DNA from: Pecten maximus
Lineage: Eukaryota
Assembly (NCBI RefSeq): GCF_902652985.1
Contig: NC_047016.1
Location: 23,746,001 to 23,810,000, forward strand
Direction of reading: 5' to 3'
Length of the DNA: 64,000 nucleotides
Shown here: piece by piece, positions 13,246-28,430 of the stretch
Layout of the letters: each line of letters begins with the position of its first letter
How positions within the stretch are numbered: the first letter of the stretch is position 1
Translations under genes and position numbers: made by a program
Notes under the pieces: generated by a model
Told to the model about the DNA's origin: nothing
The model's input: only the letters and a program-made list of their open reading frames with translations
Databases searched by the model: none

Positions 13246-14849
13246 CATCGTCCGAGGAAGTGCATCGTAGTGGGCAGACGTCGAGTAAGTGTCGGATTCA
13301 GTTAAACCGTACTGGGTATATACATTGTATGGGGATTCGTCGGATACAGGAGGAACAGACCTCACATACATTTCATACAGGGATAACATGGTGTACTTAC
13401 AGTTAGACGGGAACACGTCTACATCGCCACTAACTGATCCCCACAATACAATCCACTGTTTGTAATCATGCACAATCATGGCCTTCTAGAATTTCCACGG
13501 AACGCGTACTGTCCGACATAAACACGTGTGACGCATACAGCATTATAACAGTACACAATTCCTCGTCCAGGCTGTACCCACGATCGATCCCTAGGACTGC
13601 AGGTGAGGAGGGTGTGGCCAGAGGAGGGAATACTACGTAAGAGGATTATTGTCACGGTAACGATCTATCCGTCATAACAAGAAAACATACTGAGTTTTCC
13701 ACACTACATCCCGTTACCATGGTATCTGATTCACAGTTTTACCTGGAAATGTCACTGTATAGAATACGAGCGTAAACAAGATGTCGAACACCTGGTGACT
13801 TAACACACGTGTACCCATTCAGGGTTAGCCGCTGTCGTTAATTAGTAGGTTTGGTGTCATTTGTTGTATCTCCTACACGAGTATAATTAGATCGACCTTC
13901 TTTGTTCTTCCCTTAACTTTCCTATGTGAAACAGACCATGACTATTAGGTCACATGTTAAACTCAGTAGTTACATGTACCCATTTCCCTGTGTCCATGTG
14001 ATTTTGAAATGTAGCGAGTTAGAGAGTAACTGTCGAGTGGGACCAGAGCACATCAATAGGTCGGAATTCCCGGATACCGATTGACGTCCGTAATAATTTT
14101 GGACAAAATAACATTTGCGTCGGTATATCTTTCAGCTCGAAATTCTACACGTTCAGGGACGCCATCAACACCATAAAGTATTTTATCCCAGTCGCGCCAT
14201 GTTGTCCAATAAATAGCATGCTACTTACTTGAGTCTGTACTGTAATGTTACTGAAAACGAAATCCATTTTTATATACGTCCTTTTCATGATCAAATTAGA
14301 GAAATTTTTCTTTATAAAATGAAATTAAATATACCAGAATATGGAAATCTCACTACCATTTTGTTCACTATGATAATGCTGAGATTATACGATGAACGTG
14401 TTTAATCTATATTAATTACTACATAATATGAATGTACTTACTGAATGTGGTATTACATCTCAGATGTGATTACCCCGGACAGTCGAACTTGCTATGTAGA
14501 GAAATTAAACGGCTTCAGCAAAACCAGCATTCATATAGACAATAATTTAGGGACACAATTATCTTCCAATCTACTGTCTGACGATATCATGGGAAGAAAA
14601 TGACTTCACCACTTACGTACTTAACGATCTTCCATTTCTCAGGCACACACGCATGTGTATTTATAGAAATCTACAGCTTCACACCCTTGGTAACGATAGC
14701 TATCCAAACAGTTATAAAAGGTCCTTAGGCCGACAAAATCTATCAGAGATTGGTGCTGTAGTCACACCGTTGTCTTCATTGGGGATTTTACATACAAATG
14801 TAACTAAAGTTACATAAGATACTAAAGTTAAAAGTCCCTCTCAACAAAC

Positions 14850-16040
14850 CGCGAATATAGTCCTCGCCACAAAACGTTTAAAGTCCCCACAACAAATTTG
14901 AATACGATCCCTACAACAAACATGAATAAAGTCCCCCCTACAAACGTGATTATAGTCTCTGCAACAATTGTGAATATTGTCCCCACAACAAACGTGAATT
15001 TGGTCCCGACAACAAAGTGAATATTGTCCCACAACAAACATGAATATTGTCCCCACCACAACACGTGAATATAGTCCCCACTACAAATGTGAATATAGTC
15101 CCCACAACAAACGTGAATATTGTCCCCACAACAAACGTGAATATTGTCCCCATAACAAACGTGAATATTGTCCCCACAACAAACGTGAATATTGTCCCCA
15201 TAACAAACGTGAATATTGGCCCCACAACAAACGTGGATATTGTCCCCACCACAACATGTGAATATTGTCCCCACAACAAACGTGAATATAGAACCTATAA
15301 TGAACGTGAATATTGTTCCCACAACAAACGTGAATATTGTCCCCACAACAAACGTGAATATTGTCCCCACAACAAACGTGAATATTGTCCCCATAACAAA
15401 CGTGAATATTGGCCCCACAACAAACGTGGATATTGTCCCCACCACAACATGTGAATATTGTCCCCACAACAAACGTGAATATAGAACCTATAATGAACGT
15501 GAATATTGTCCCCACAACAACACGTGAATATAGTCCCCACTACAAACGTGAATATTGTCCCCACAACAAACGTGGATATTGTCCCCACCACAACATGTGA
15601 ATATTGTCCCCACAACAAACGTGAATATAGAACCTATAATGAACGTGAATATTGTTCCCACAACAAACGTGAATATTGTCCCCACAACAAACGTGAATAT
15701 TGTCCCCACAACAAACGTGAATATTGTCCCCATAACAAACGTGAATATTGGCCCCACAACAAACGTGGATATTGTCCCCACCACAACATGTGAATATTGT
15801 CCCCACAACAAACGTGAATATAGAACCTATAATGAACGTGAATATTGTCCCCACAACAAACGTGAATATTGTCCCCACAACAAACGTGAATATTGTCCCC
15901 ATAACAAACGTGAATATTGTCCCCCACAACAAACGTGAATAGTGTCCCCACAACAACACGTGAATATTGTCCCCACTACAATGTGAATATTGTCCCCACA
16001 ACAAACGTGAATATGTGAATATTGTCCCACCACAAAACTT
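14850..16040. repeat. 24-bp minisatellite with 193/146-bp higher-order structure
   Basis: Unit aaacgtgaatattgtccccacaac; variant gaacctataat at 15291, 15484, 15630 and 15823. Confidence 0.97.
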
Positions 16041-16593
16041 ACATAGTCCACATCACAATGGAGAAGTTCGTGGTGTTAAATTCTTTGACACAGATTTACT
16101 GCACGCAATCCTATCTTGTGACCAAAGACTCCATCTGTCTACACTAAATATCGAGTGTATTTCAGAACTTCTTTTTTGTCTAGTTCACAGGAAAAAAATA
16201 TGCTCTGTACATGTTTATCATTTTAACGACAGATTCGTGATGTTTAGATATAAAGGTATATCTACAATTAAGACTGCTGTGTAAGCGATTCAGTGTCAAT
16301 TAGGTCTAATGATGTCTGAACTATCGTTAAGTTGATCTGGTATACATGTAACAGTTTCTAAAATCCGACAACAAGATCATCACATATCAGACGCTGGGTA
16401 GTGAAACGTCAGACACGGTACAGACGAGTGTTTGATACAGGTGTATATTGTAACACAAGGTGTAGAAAACCAGACAGACCTTGCCAACAGAAACATACGT
16501 CAAAATCTCCACGATATAGAAAATATGCACGTGATATGCATAATATAGGATCTACTCGAAACTGCATCGAACATGTATTGGTGTGAATAGATA

Positions 16594-17180
16594 TACAGTG
16601 GAACTTCGTTAACTCGAACTCGGATAACTCGAATACCCCGCTTAACTCGAAGTACCTCGTCGGTCCCGGCCGAATTCTCTCTTTATCTTAGTAAAGAAAA
16701 CTCGGAAAACTCGAACTCGGAAAACTCGAAGAACTCGGATAATACGAAGTGAAAATTTGGTCTCAACAATAAAAATCCTATTTGAAATGATCGAATAACT
16801 CGAAGTATAATTTTCGTCGATCGGTGGTAAACGCCGACATTTTTTAAGAGCTAAATTCCGTTTGTAATACTGAACATATCGGCACTACTAACCTACATGC
16901 TATTATAAGTGTTTCATAAATTCATAAAAGAAATTGTCGGTTGAATCTTATAACAACATGTCTTGGTGATAAAAAGTACTGCTTTACTTACATCAGGTAA
17001 TTTCCTAAGGCAGTCGCCGATATTAGTACACACGATAGTCAACAACTCATCTACCCGTTCGCTCAAGCGGAACTAATCTCTGACACACCGGTAGATTTAC
17101 CCGGCTGTATTTCATATTTAGCGGCGTGGCGGAATCTTAATACATTTCCAAATAAATTATACTTAATACCGATAAACAAA
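16594..17180 (+). mobile_element. One end of a pogo/Tigger-like non-autonomous DNA transposon
   Basis: TA followed by CAGTGGAACTTCGTTAACTCGAAC and multiple aactcgaa subterminal repeats; matching end not seen; right boundary approximate. Confidence 0.7.
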
Positions 17181-17182
17181 CG

Positions 17183-19180
17183 CTACAACACGACATAAAA
17201 TCTACACTTCAAAACCCTACAACACGATATAAAGTCTACAGTTCCAACCCTACAACACGATATAAAGTCTACAGTTCCCACCCTACAACACGATATAAAG
17301 TCTACAGCTCCCACCCTACAACACGATATAAAGTCTACAGTTCCCACCCTACAACACGATATAAAGTATATAGTTCCCACCCAACAACACGATATAAAGT
17401 CTACAGTTCCTACCCTACAACACGATATAAAGTCTACAGTTCCCACCCTACAACACGATATAAACTCTACAGTTCCCACCCTACAACACGATATAAAGTC
17501 TACAGTTCCTACCCTACAACACGATATAAAGTATATAGTTCCTACCCTACAAAGTCTACAGTTCCCACCCTACAACACGATATAAAGTCTACAGTTCCCA
17601 CCCTACAACACGATATAAAGTCTACAGTTCCCACCCTACAACACGATATAAAGTCTACAGTTCCCACCCTACAACACGATATAAAGTCTACAGTTCCCAC
17701 CCTACAACACGATATAAAGTCTACAGTTCCCACCCTACAACACGATATAAAGTCTACAGTTCCCACCCTACAACACGATATAAAGTCTACAGTTCCCACC
17801 CTACAACACGATATAAAGTCTACAGTTCCCACCCTACAACACGATATAAAGTCTACAGTTCCCCACCCTACAACACGATATAAAGTCTACAGTTCCCACC
17901 CTACAACACGATATAAAGTCTACAGTTCCCACCCTACAACACGATATAAAGTCTACAGTTCCCACCCTACAACACGATATAAAGTATACAGTTCCCACCC
18001 TACAACACGATATAAAGTCTACAGTTGCTACCCTACAACACGATATAAAGTCTACAGTTCCCACCCTACAACATGATATAAAGTCTACAGTTCCAACCCT
18101 ACAAAACGATATAAAATCTAGTTTCCACCCTACAACACGATAGAAAGTCTACAGTTCCCACCCAACAACACGATAGAAAGTCTACAGTTCCCACCCTACA
18201 ACACGATAGAAAGTATATAGTTCCCACCCTTCAACACGATATAAAGTCTACAGTTCAAACCCTACAACACGATATAAAATCTAGTTTCCACCCTACAACA
18301 CGATATAAAGTCTACAGTTCCAACCCTACAACACGATATAAACTCTACAGTTCCCACTCTACAATAGGATATAAAGTCTATAGTTCCCAACCTACAACAC
18401 GATATAAAGTCTACAGTTCCCACCCTACAACACGATATAAAGTCTACAGTTCCCACCCTACAACACGATATAAAGTCTACAGTTCCCACCCTACAACACG
18501 ATATAAAGTCTACAGTTCCCACCCTACAACACGATATAAAGTCTACAGTTCCCACCCTACAACACGATATAAAGTCTACAGTTCCCACCCTACAACACGA
18601 TATAAAGTCTACAGTTCCCACCCTACAACACGATATAAAGTCTACAGTTCCCACCCTACAACACGATATAAAGTCTACAGTTCCCACCCTACAACACGAT
18701 ATAAAGTCTACAGTTCCCACCCTACAACACGATATAAAGTCTACAGTTCCCACCCTACAAAACGATAAAAGTCTAAAGTTCCCACCCTACAACACGATAT
18801 AAAGTCTACAGTTCACACCCTACAACACGATATAAAGTCTACAGTTCCCACCCTACAACACGATATAAAGTCTACAGTTCCTACCCTACAACACGATATA
18901 AAGTCTACAGTTCCCACCCTACAACACGATATAAAGTCTACAGTTCCCACCCTACAACACGATATAAAGTCTACAGTTCCCACCCTACAACACGATATAA
19001 AGTCTACAGTTCCCACCCTACAACACGATATAAAGTCTACAGCTCCCACCCTACAACACGATTTAAAGTCTACAGTTCCCACCCTACAACACGATATAAA
19101 GTATATAGTTCCTACCCTACAAAGTCTACGGTTCCCACCCTGAGCCAGGATATAAATTAGATATATAGTTCCCATCTCAA
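17183..19180. repeat. 33-bp minisatellite (~60 copies), highly homogeneous
   Basis: Unit ctacaacacgatataaagtctacagttcccacc. Confidence 0.98.
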
Positions 19181-20711
19181 AAGACATCTACAATTTACAA
19201 TATCTGAGTTGGAGATGATTTTTGTAGCAGCATCAGTACCACACGACGGTCAACACGTGGGCGGTGCTTACGGTGAGTTATAACAGGAAAGTGCACTTAT
19301 TTATAATCATCAATTATTCCAGTACTGAACTACTGGCATGGAATTTCACATTGCGGCCGGGCTCTTTGATTTGCGTCTCAGTGGCCCTGGAATACTAGGA
19401 GTTAAATATACCATGACTGATAAGTGAACTTATTAAAACAGAGACTTCCTCCCAGGCCGTTCAGTCAAGAAAACAACCCACGTCTAACATTGCCAAAACA
19501 TACATTTTTTTACGGTATAAGTCACCACAGAGGATAGCCTTTGGTACCTATGTAGTTAATGTATGGGAATTCAGTGAGCCGCCTTGAATTGTTTAACGTC
19601 TATGGCCACCCTAAGGGATGGATTTGATGAAATGTCTCGATCATCCGTTATCTTTTTAATTAACAAAGATGGGTGTCAATTTAACCGACAATAAATAATT
19701 TAATATGTCATCACACACAAGGACATGTCCGAATTCATCCGAATTCGTATGTCGCTGCAGCAAGACTTTCGTCTTCTTCGCTAGCCAAGCCTTCTGATTG
19801 CGTTACACTCCACGAATGAAGATGGACTTTCGTACTGAATTCACAGTTTTCAGTTTCTCAAAAATGTGTGAATTTATCATGAGTTCTTTCATTAATAAAA
19901 TCAATAGACCTGAGGAGAGTGGGCTTGCATCCAGTATTATCAAATATTCTACCTACAAAGTACATATGTATATTGTTGAACCGTCATGTACGTTTGTATA
20001 TGTATTGCCGTCAAATTAAAATTCAATACCGACATGAACAAATGAAACATGTCTGTAGCATTCACCGAATACGTGTGTAAAGATTCATTCATCGCTTCTG
20101 ACGTCATGGAAATGGTTTACGCTTTGACATTTGTCTCCCAGCTTTGATTTTGACCTTCACCTCTGACTGAAGCGTCTAAGCTGCACCTGTACAGCACACT
20201 ACCACTGCCACATCTGTAAATCCCTCTAATATTAGACCCGTTCACCAACAAGCTAGCGTCTGTCTATTCTATATAATAACTAAATACATCACTTCTACAT
20301 ATCGGCCAGTTAAAGTAAAATGCCCAGCTACAGACATGGGTTAGTCTCGGAGTCCCACGTGTTGTCTACTCACTCGAAATAACTAAATGGAAAGAACAAC
20401 AATTCAGTCGTTGATACTTCAAAACATTCCTCAAACAAGGTTCTGTAGGACGGAAATAATCTGCTTATGAGGAGCCAGGCACTAGAGATTCGCGTGCATG
20501 TTCACCATTACATAATACTCCATATACAATGTACGGACACACGACTGTTATTTATTTGATGGGATGCATGTTGAAATGTAGGTATGCATTTTTAAATGTA
20601 CGTATGGTATCATATATTCCCGAGCACACGTGCATTCCCCTCTTTAGAATAGGAAGATCTAGGCGATCAGAATATTATAAACACGTACCCTTCCGTCGGA
20701 TATAACATAAA

Positions 20712-21820
20712 CAATACCACCCTACCAGAAATGGCGGAACACAAACATACCAACCTACCAAAAATGGCGGAACACAAACATACCAACATACCAAAAATGG
20801 CCAAACACAAGCATACCAACCTACCAAAAATGGCGGAACACAAACATACCAACCCATCAAAAATGGCGGAACACAAACATACCAACCTACCAAAAATGGC
20901 GGAACACAAACATACCAACATACCAAAAATGGCGGAACACAAACATATCAACACATCAAAAATGGCCGAACACAAGCATACCAACCTACCAAAAATGGCG
21001 GAGCACAAACATACCAACATATCAAAAATGGCGGAACACAAACATACCAACCTACCAAAAATGGCGAAACACAAACATACCAACCCATCAAAAATGGCGG
21101 AACACAAACATACCAACCTACCAAAAATGGCGGAACACAAACATACCAACCCATCAAAACTGGGGGAACACAAACATACCAACCCATCAAAAATGGCGGA
21201 ACACAAACATACCAACCTACCAAAAATGGCGGAACACAAACATACCTACGGTGAACCCATCAAAAATGGCGGAACACAAACATACCAACCTACCAAAAAT
21301 GGCGGAACACAAACATACCAACATACCAAAAATGGCGGAACACAAACATACCAACCTACCAAAAATGGCGGAACACAAACATACCACCCTACCAAAAATG
21401 GCCAAACAAAAACATACCACCCTACCAAAAATGGCGGAACACAAACATACCAACATACCAAAAATGGCGGAACACAAACATACCAACCTACCAAAAATGG
21501 CGGAACACAAACATACCAACATACCAAAAATGGCGGAACACAAACATACCAACCTACCAAAAATGGCGGAACACAAACATACCAACATACCAAAAATGGC
21601 GGAACACAAACATACCAACATACCAAAAATGGCGGAGCACAAACATACCAACATACCAAAAATGGCGGAGCACAAACGTACCAACATACCAAAAATGGCC
21701 TAACACAAACATACCAACCTACCAAAAATGGCGGAACACAAACATACCAACATACCAAAAATGGCCGAACACAAACATACCAACCTACCAAAAATGGCGG
21801 AACACAAACATACCAAAATA
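20712..21820. repeat. 33-bp minisatellite (~33 copies) containing AAAATGGCGG
   Basis: Unit aaaaatggcggaacacaaacataccaacctacc. Confidence 0.98.
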
Positions 21821-23787
21821 CATGAATAGGAAAAAAAACCAGGAACTGACCAAGGTAGAATTTACTTCGACAGCAACATGTTTTGTAAACAATTACTCAA
21901 TCATCAAATGAAGTATTCTAATCCACAAAACAAAGATGTGTTCAAGAAGGAAAGAAAAGGGAAAACTTATCTATTTATAACGGATAGAGGTAGACAATTG
22001 TATTGGGTCATAAGATATACTTATAAGTATGTACGTAAGATGCTCAAGCATAATCTCGGCTTGCGGCGCCAAGTATACTTCATAAAATGCATAGGAAATA
22101 TTTGCACTTACAATTACAAGTTGTTGTCAATAGCCTTACATCTCCAATCACCCGCCTGTCAACACGTGGGTAAAGTCTGTCGACACAGCCACACCCCTCC
22201 CAGTCAAACATCGATGTCAAGGTCGGTACGCCACACTGCCTCAGTACTTCCTGAGTCAATAATATCCGAACCCTGTACTCACAATGAGAGACGGGCGAGG
22301 AAACTATTTCACACACACTAATGTTTTTGTCCTCAGTTGAGAAGTGTGGTTTTGATTTGTAAGCCGTCAATGATTATATTGTGACCCATAGAAAGATCCT
22401 TGTCATAGAAACACTAAAGCGGGCCCAGTTACAGAACTGTATCTGACCCGTGACGGGGCGCCAGTGATAGCCCCTACAGGAGAAATAAGGTTCCCTAGTA
22501 AGAATAAACATAAACGTACAAAGCCAATCAGTTATTAGAACAGTTCCGTACTTTGATCAATTATTCATTATACCGGAGTAAGAAGTATAATTACCCCCAC
22601 ATCCCCAGGATAGATGTGCACAGGAAGTTCGGGAAAATCACGGATGTCTTCAAATTGAATCGCAAACTCACGCTTTGCCACTTGACACAAGTAAACAATA
22701 TTATGTAATTTGTTTTACCGAGATCACTTCCGTGCTCCAGTGTCATACCCGTCCTCGCGCTCACGTGAGATCCCATTCCCGGCTACAACGTGATCCCCTT
22801 CCCCGCTCCCACGCGAGATGCCCCCCTTCCGAAGGTAAGTAAGATACAAAGATAACCTCCAACTCATCTACTACACATCTGGTGTGAACTAAGGAGGAAT
22901 CCTGACCCCAGGGGGACCCCGGGGGGTAGTCTGGTACAAACCGGGAGGCAACAGTGGGGGATATCGGGTTAATAACCACAACTGATGTCCTGTGATGGCG
23001 CTTCCCTGCAGCAGATGACCTTTCAACACCACCCCAGCTGATTACGAGAATACCAGGGCATCTGTGAAGCGATCAAATTTCAACACAGCCCGTCAAAATC
23101 ATTTCCAAATTTAATACCAGATTTCCCTCTGTCTATAAATAACCGTCATTCAAGCGAGTATAAATAGTTGGTGTATATGACTTACACGTATGTCGTGTGA
23201 GTTTTTATAAACATTAAATGTATACGTATCTTGTTTCAAAACTCCATTAACATTCCACATCAAGTTCATCACATTTTCTCCACATCCAATTTAGTATTTT
23301 AAGTCTACGAGTCTTACTGTATCACCAAAATGTTTACACTTAACTCTCTCACAGATTTATCGGATAATTTGGATTGTTGCAACGTCTGAACGAAAAGTAT
23401 CCATAACGACCATGAGAAATTAAAACGAAAGTTGAATACTTGAATATCGGTTCATAAAAGTAGAAATTAATTATGGAACACCATTTATATATCGGTATGT
23501 AATTATGGTTACCTACTCTAAGATTACTTATACCATGGTTACAATGTAGGTATACCAGATCCGTGATCATGGTTATATTTGTTTTATCCGAGTACATAGT
23601 AGTTCTGACCTCGATACAACATGCTAACCCTAACCGGCGCCTTGTGGCACACATACATGTAACACATGCGTACACCGGTACCTACATAGGTATGTAACTT
23701 TTTCAATTCAGCACAGCAACTTTACTTATACTTCATAACACGTTCAAAACTGACCTCATGCATTGCAACCGACGTTACTATCTTACC

Positions 23788-24010
23788 TTGTCAATGAATA
23801 TTCCACTATTACGGCCATGAGTTTTAAGGGCCCGGAGGAAACGCCCCGGTACGAAAACATCCAATGATCCACCAATGTGTAACAGCCGAGGTAAATTTCA
23901 ACATCCGCTAGATATACAATACATGGATATGCTGATGATGCTACTACTGGCGCGCGCTTCACCGCGTGCGTAGTCAGAGCAACAAACGGTAGCCGGTATC
24001 ACATGACCAG
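23788..24010 (-). promoter_or_regulatory. Candidate CpG-rich promoter and first exon of a minus-strand gene
   Basis: Strong donor AAG|GTAAGA near 23787, locally CpG-rich (GGCGCGCGC, CCGCGTGCG), E-box-like TCACATGACC near 24000. Confidence 0.3.
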
Positions 24011-24820
24011 AATTCTATACGTATGTATACGCACATCTATCTCGGGCAATTTGTTTGATCACTTGTTCATATCCCCGGCAACCAACAAGTCTCTTTTCTT
24101 TTGCGTTTTGTTTGATTTCTTTGCTATAAATAGGCCCCTTCACTTCTAAATTTCCATTCTCCTCTGTGAAAAAGCAAACAAAATATCGAATAGCACAACC
24201 ATCCGCAATTCAGACGTATCCACTTTTCCCTCCTTTTTGCTTTGCTGCCACAAACTAATGGGGCTTTTGTAGTACTCGTAAATAGGGAGTTCTCGATTCA
24301 CCGTCCACGAGGCCGTCGGCAGGGCAATTCATTGCTAGTGTACAATGTATACATATACGTGTGCTACAATTAATGTGTACAATGTACATTATGTTGGTCG
24401 TCAAGTTAACCTATTTCGCTATAATATTGTGCATATTTAAAATGTTGATTAATCTTAATCCAACGGTGACATTAGCACACTTAGTTTTTTGTCAGGGGAA
24501 GTCGACGATAAATATATATAGCCACGCCCCGAAATACCATAACATACGGGCCATTCAAACGTACATTGGGAAAATCGATTATAGTTCGCCCCCCCCTCCT
24601 CTCGCTCTCTAAATATGTTGATTAAAAACAAAACCCTATGTATTTTTGGAAGTTGTATATACCTATATATTTTGTGTACAGCATTACGGAAAGAGCGATT
24701 GCATAATTTGGAATAACTTGTGCTGAATCCCTTTGTAATCATTTTGCTATAAAATATGTTTAAACTGCTTAGATTTAATACCGCTCGATGTGAATCACAC
24801 CGGGCTTGCTACACTATCGG

Positions 24821-26449
24821 TAATGAGAGCGATCGCGTACCCTGTCGGATCCCCCGGAGAGTGTAGCACGTAATCACGTGACATAAGTGGTGAATCCACG
24901 ATATTTCAAGATGGAGTCGATGAGATTTTCAAGGCAGAAAAACACAGATGACGTAAGTAAAATAAGAAAATGAAGAATCTATCAAAACTAGACATAGCTC
25001 ATGTCTTTTGGACATTATTTCTGGTTCTTCGGATGCATAAATCATTATACAACCCCCCCGTAGTTTTCACAAACACTTCTACAAACCGACGGTTATTGTC
25101 GATATCTCCATGTGATTTGTTGTGGTATTTCCAACGACAAAAACTTGTTTTAACACTAAGACCTATATTCCTGCCATCGTACTGCTTTAACGGATAGGTA
25201 TGTATTTGTTTTAATCATTTATCACCTGACGAATGAAAACAAAATGACAAAAATATATTAGAAAAGCAATTTATGTTGATTTTTACTACATAATCAGTTC
25301 CCACGCGTACTTTTCCGAAACACGAAAGTGATGAGCCACCATTAAAGAATCATTGAGTACATGCGTTTAGAATAATGGAATTATATCTAGTATACATGAC
25401 GTGTAAATGAACGGGGAAATACCCATTTTCCATTACTCGAAAACTCTTTAACGACATCAGGAATCAACGCATTTAATTCTTCCTTTAGAATGTCCCTGTT
25501 GAGTATTTTACCATCTTCTGAGGCGTCCTCTGTAGATATACCTTTGGTGATATCATCATGTAAAAGTACAATATCTTCAAGTTCTTCATCGTTTTCATCT
25601 TGTGCTGTAAATGGGATTAGCACAGAAGTAGGACCTTTTTACAGTTCTGGAGTGATATGCTTAAAGCGTTTGACATTAGGCGATGGTGAGTTGAGCATAT
25701 GTATTTTTTTTTCTCTTTTGCCACTGTGATGGTTAAATTTGCTGTATGCTTTTGGGACGTATGTATCCGTTTTGGCGCGTGGCTGTTAGGTGAAGGGAGA
25801 AATTTTGAAAATAGTTCTGATTGGACATCGAAAGAATGAAAGTCGAGTGTCTTTTTTTCTCCTTATAACCTCTTTACCTGGCAGAATTCCTAGACAAACT
25901 TGTTTTTGGTTTCAGCATCTCTTTGACACTGGAATTAAATTAAAAGTTTAATTGATATTCCGGACACCATGAAGGAATCATGCGGTTTCTAAGACTTGAC
26001 GTGTGCCATATTCCTTTCTTCATTTACAGCTGCCTGTACTCATCATTTTTGCACAACCACAAAAGTATACGTGGAACATTTCAGAAAAATTAACATAAAT
26101 CGTATTTTAGTCTATTTTCACCATTCGTGTTTTTTGGTTACTATTGATCAGTTATGAATATACAGTAAAATGGGTCTTGGCGTCAAAACAAGTTTTTGCC
26201 GTGGGAAATACAACAAATCGTATGGAAATGTTGGCTATAGCCGACGGTTTGTATAAGTGTTTGGGAAAACCAAGGAGGTTGTATAGTATATTATCCGGAA
26301 GACATGAGCTATGTCTAGATTTGAGATGTTATATTTCGCCTGCGTTTTCTCAGCTTTTCCCCCTCGAAGTCGACTTGGACTATCGTGGTTTCCCAACTTA
26401 TGTCACGTTGTTCCCTACCGTGTCTGCACCGCCGCCAGCGCACTCATTG
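24821..26449 (-). mobile_element. Decayed DNA transposon with long (~350-400 bp) imperfect terminal inverted repeats and a stop-interrupted internal coding remnant
   Basis: 24877-25200 is the diverged reverse complement of 26160-26408 (e.g. acgtgacataagt/acttatgtcacgt, ctagacatagctcatgtctt/aagacatgagctatgtctag); internal acidic minus-strand ORF 25387..25623. Confidence 0.75.
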
Positions 26450-27289
26450 AATTATGAATGTACAATGTAGATACTTTATCTGATTGACGCCAACAGATGA
26501 GAATGATTATAATAACAACAACACCGCCATCAAAATGATCTTTTGTAAGTCCGAAAGATATGTATCAAATATAGCGGCGAAACACAATAGAATTCCATCG
26601 GAACACAATGACTTATTTAGAAAACAAGAAAACTTTTGGTGTGATGTAAAATTCACAGCAGTCCGTCCTTGTTTTTCAATTGCTCGTTATTTGTCGGAGG
26701 TTTAGAATCTTTAATCATTCATAATCACAGTTTATATTGTCTAAATATGAAAGTTGTTTTCGCCTCTTTAAGTGTGTTTTTTCAGCACATTTATATCAAA
26801 AGCACTATATAGGAAAAAAACCTCACATAACAATATTTATTTAGAAGAGTATTACAAATCATTCAAAGTATTATGCAATATACTAGCAAATACAATAGAA
26901 AAACAATACACATATATAACAATAAACAATATATAATAGATTATACTGTAAAACAAGACTAAGCTGAACGAGTAAAACGATATACATTTACAAATGTGTA
27001 CAGACGGAATTCCGACCACGGACGCAGGGCGATTTGATTAGCCCAACATCTGAAATAAACAGCCACAGTTAAAAATAAACAATAAAATGTAATTCAAAAT
27101 AAACAGTACAGAGCGAAGCTATAAATAGCTAAAAACAATTCATAATTAATCAACATAGTTAATCAACATAGTTAATCAACATAGTTAAACAATACCTAGT
27201 TAAACAATGAAAAATACATAGATAAACAAAACATTGTTAAACAATAATTAATACATATATAAATAAAAAGCAATACACCTATGAAGTTA

Positions 27290-28430
27290 CGAAAATAAGC
27301 AATACACAGTTACAAAATAAACAATATACAGTTACAAAATAAACAATATTAAGCAATACACAGATACAAATTAAGCAATACACAGATACAAAATAAGCAA
27401 TACACAGTTACAAAATAAGTAATACACAGTTACAAAATAAACAATATTAAGCAATACACAGTTACAAAATAAGCAATACACAGTTACAAAATAAGCAATA
27501 CACAGTTACAAAATAAGCAATACACAGTTACAAAATAAGTAATACACAGTTACAAAATAAACAATATTAAGCAATACACAGATACAAATTAAGCAATACA
27601 CAGTTACAAAATAAGCAATACACAGTTACAAAATAAGTAATACACAGTTACAAAATAAGCAATACACAGTTACAAAATAAGCAATACACAGTTACAAAAT
27701 AAGCAATACACAGTTACAAAATAAGCAATACACAGTTACAAAACAACCAATACACAGTTACAAAACAACCAATACACAGATACAAAATAAGCAATACACA
27801 GTTACAAAACAACCAATACACAGATACAAAACAACCAATACACAGTTACAAAACAACCAATACACAGATACAAAACAACCAATACACAGTTACAAAATAA
27901 GCAATACACAGTTACAAAATAAGCAATACACAGTTACAAAATAAGCAATACACAGTTACAAAACAACCAATACACAGTTACAAAACAACCAATACACAGA
28001 TACAAAATAAGCAATACACAGTTACAAAACAACCAATACACAGTTACAAAACAACCAATACACAGTTACAAAATAACCAATAATAAGCAATACACAGTTT
28101 AAAAAAAACAACAACACACAGTTACAAAATAAAACAACATACAGTTAGAAAATAAATCATACACAGTTAAAACGATAGACAATACATTGTTACAAAATAA
28201 ACCATACACAGTTACGAAATAAACAATATTAAGCAATACACAGTTACAAAATAAGCAATACACAGTTACAAAATAAGCAATACGCAGTTACAAAATAAGC
28301 AATACACAGTTACAAAATAAACAATACACAGTTACGAAATAAACAATAATAAGCAATACACAGTAACAAAACAACCAATAATAAACAATAAACAGTTTAA
28401 AAAAACAGACAACACACAGTTACAAAATAA
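27290..28430. repeat. 22-bp A-rich minisatellite (resumes at 29282-29340 after the HINE insertion)
   Basis: Unit aagcaatacacagttacaaaat. Confidence 0.95.

Noticed and set aside
10900-21820. Three unrelated arrays all with a 33-bp period
   Set aside because: No sequence similarity between the units, and other arrays have periods of 22-91 bp; coincidence cannot be excluded
20667-21825. 364-aa repetitive ORF (MAEHKHTNLPK)n
   Set aside because: 33-bp repeat with a frame switch mid-array; no signal peptide or splice support
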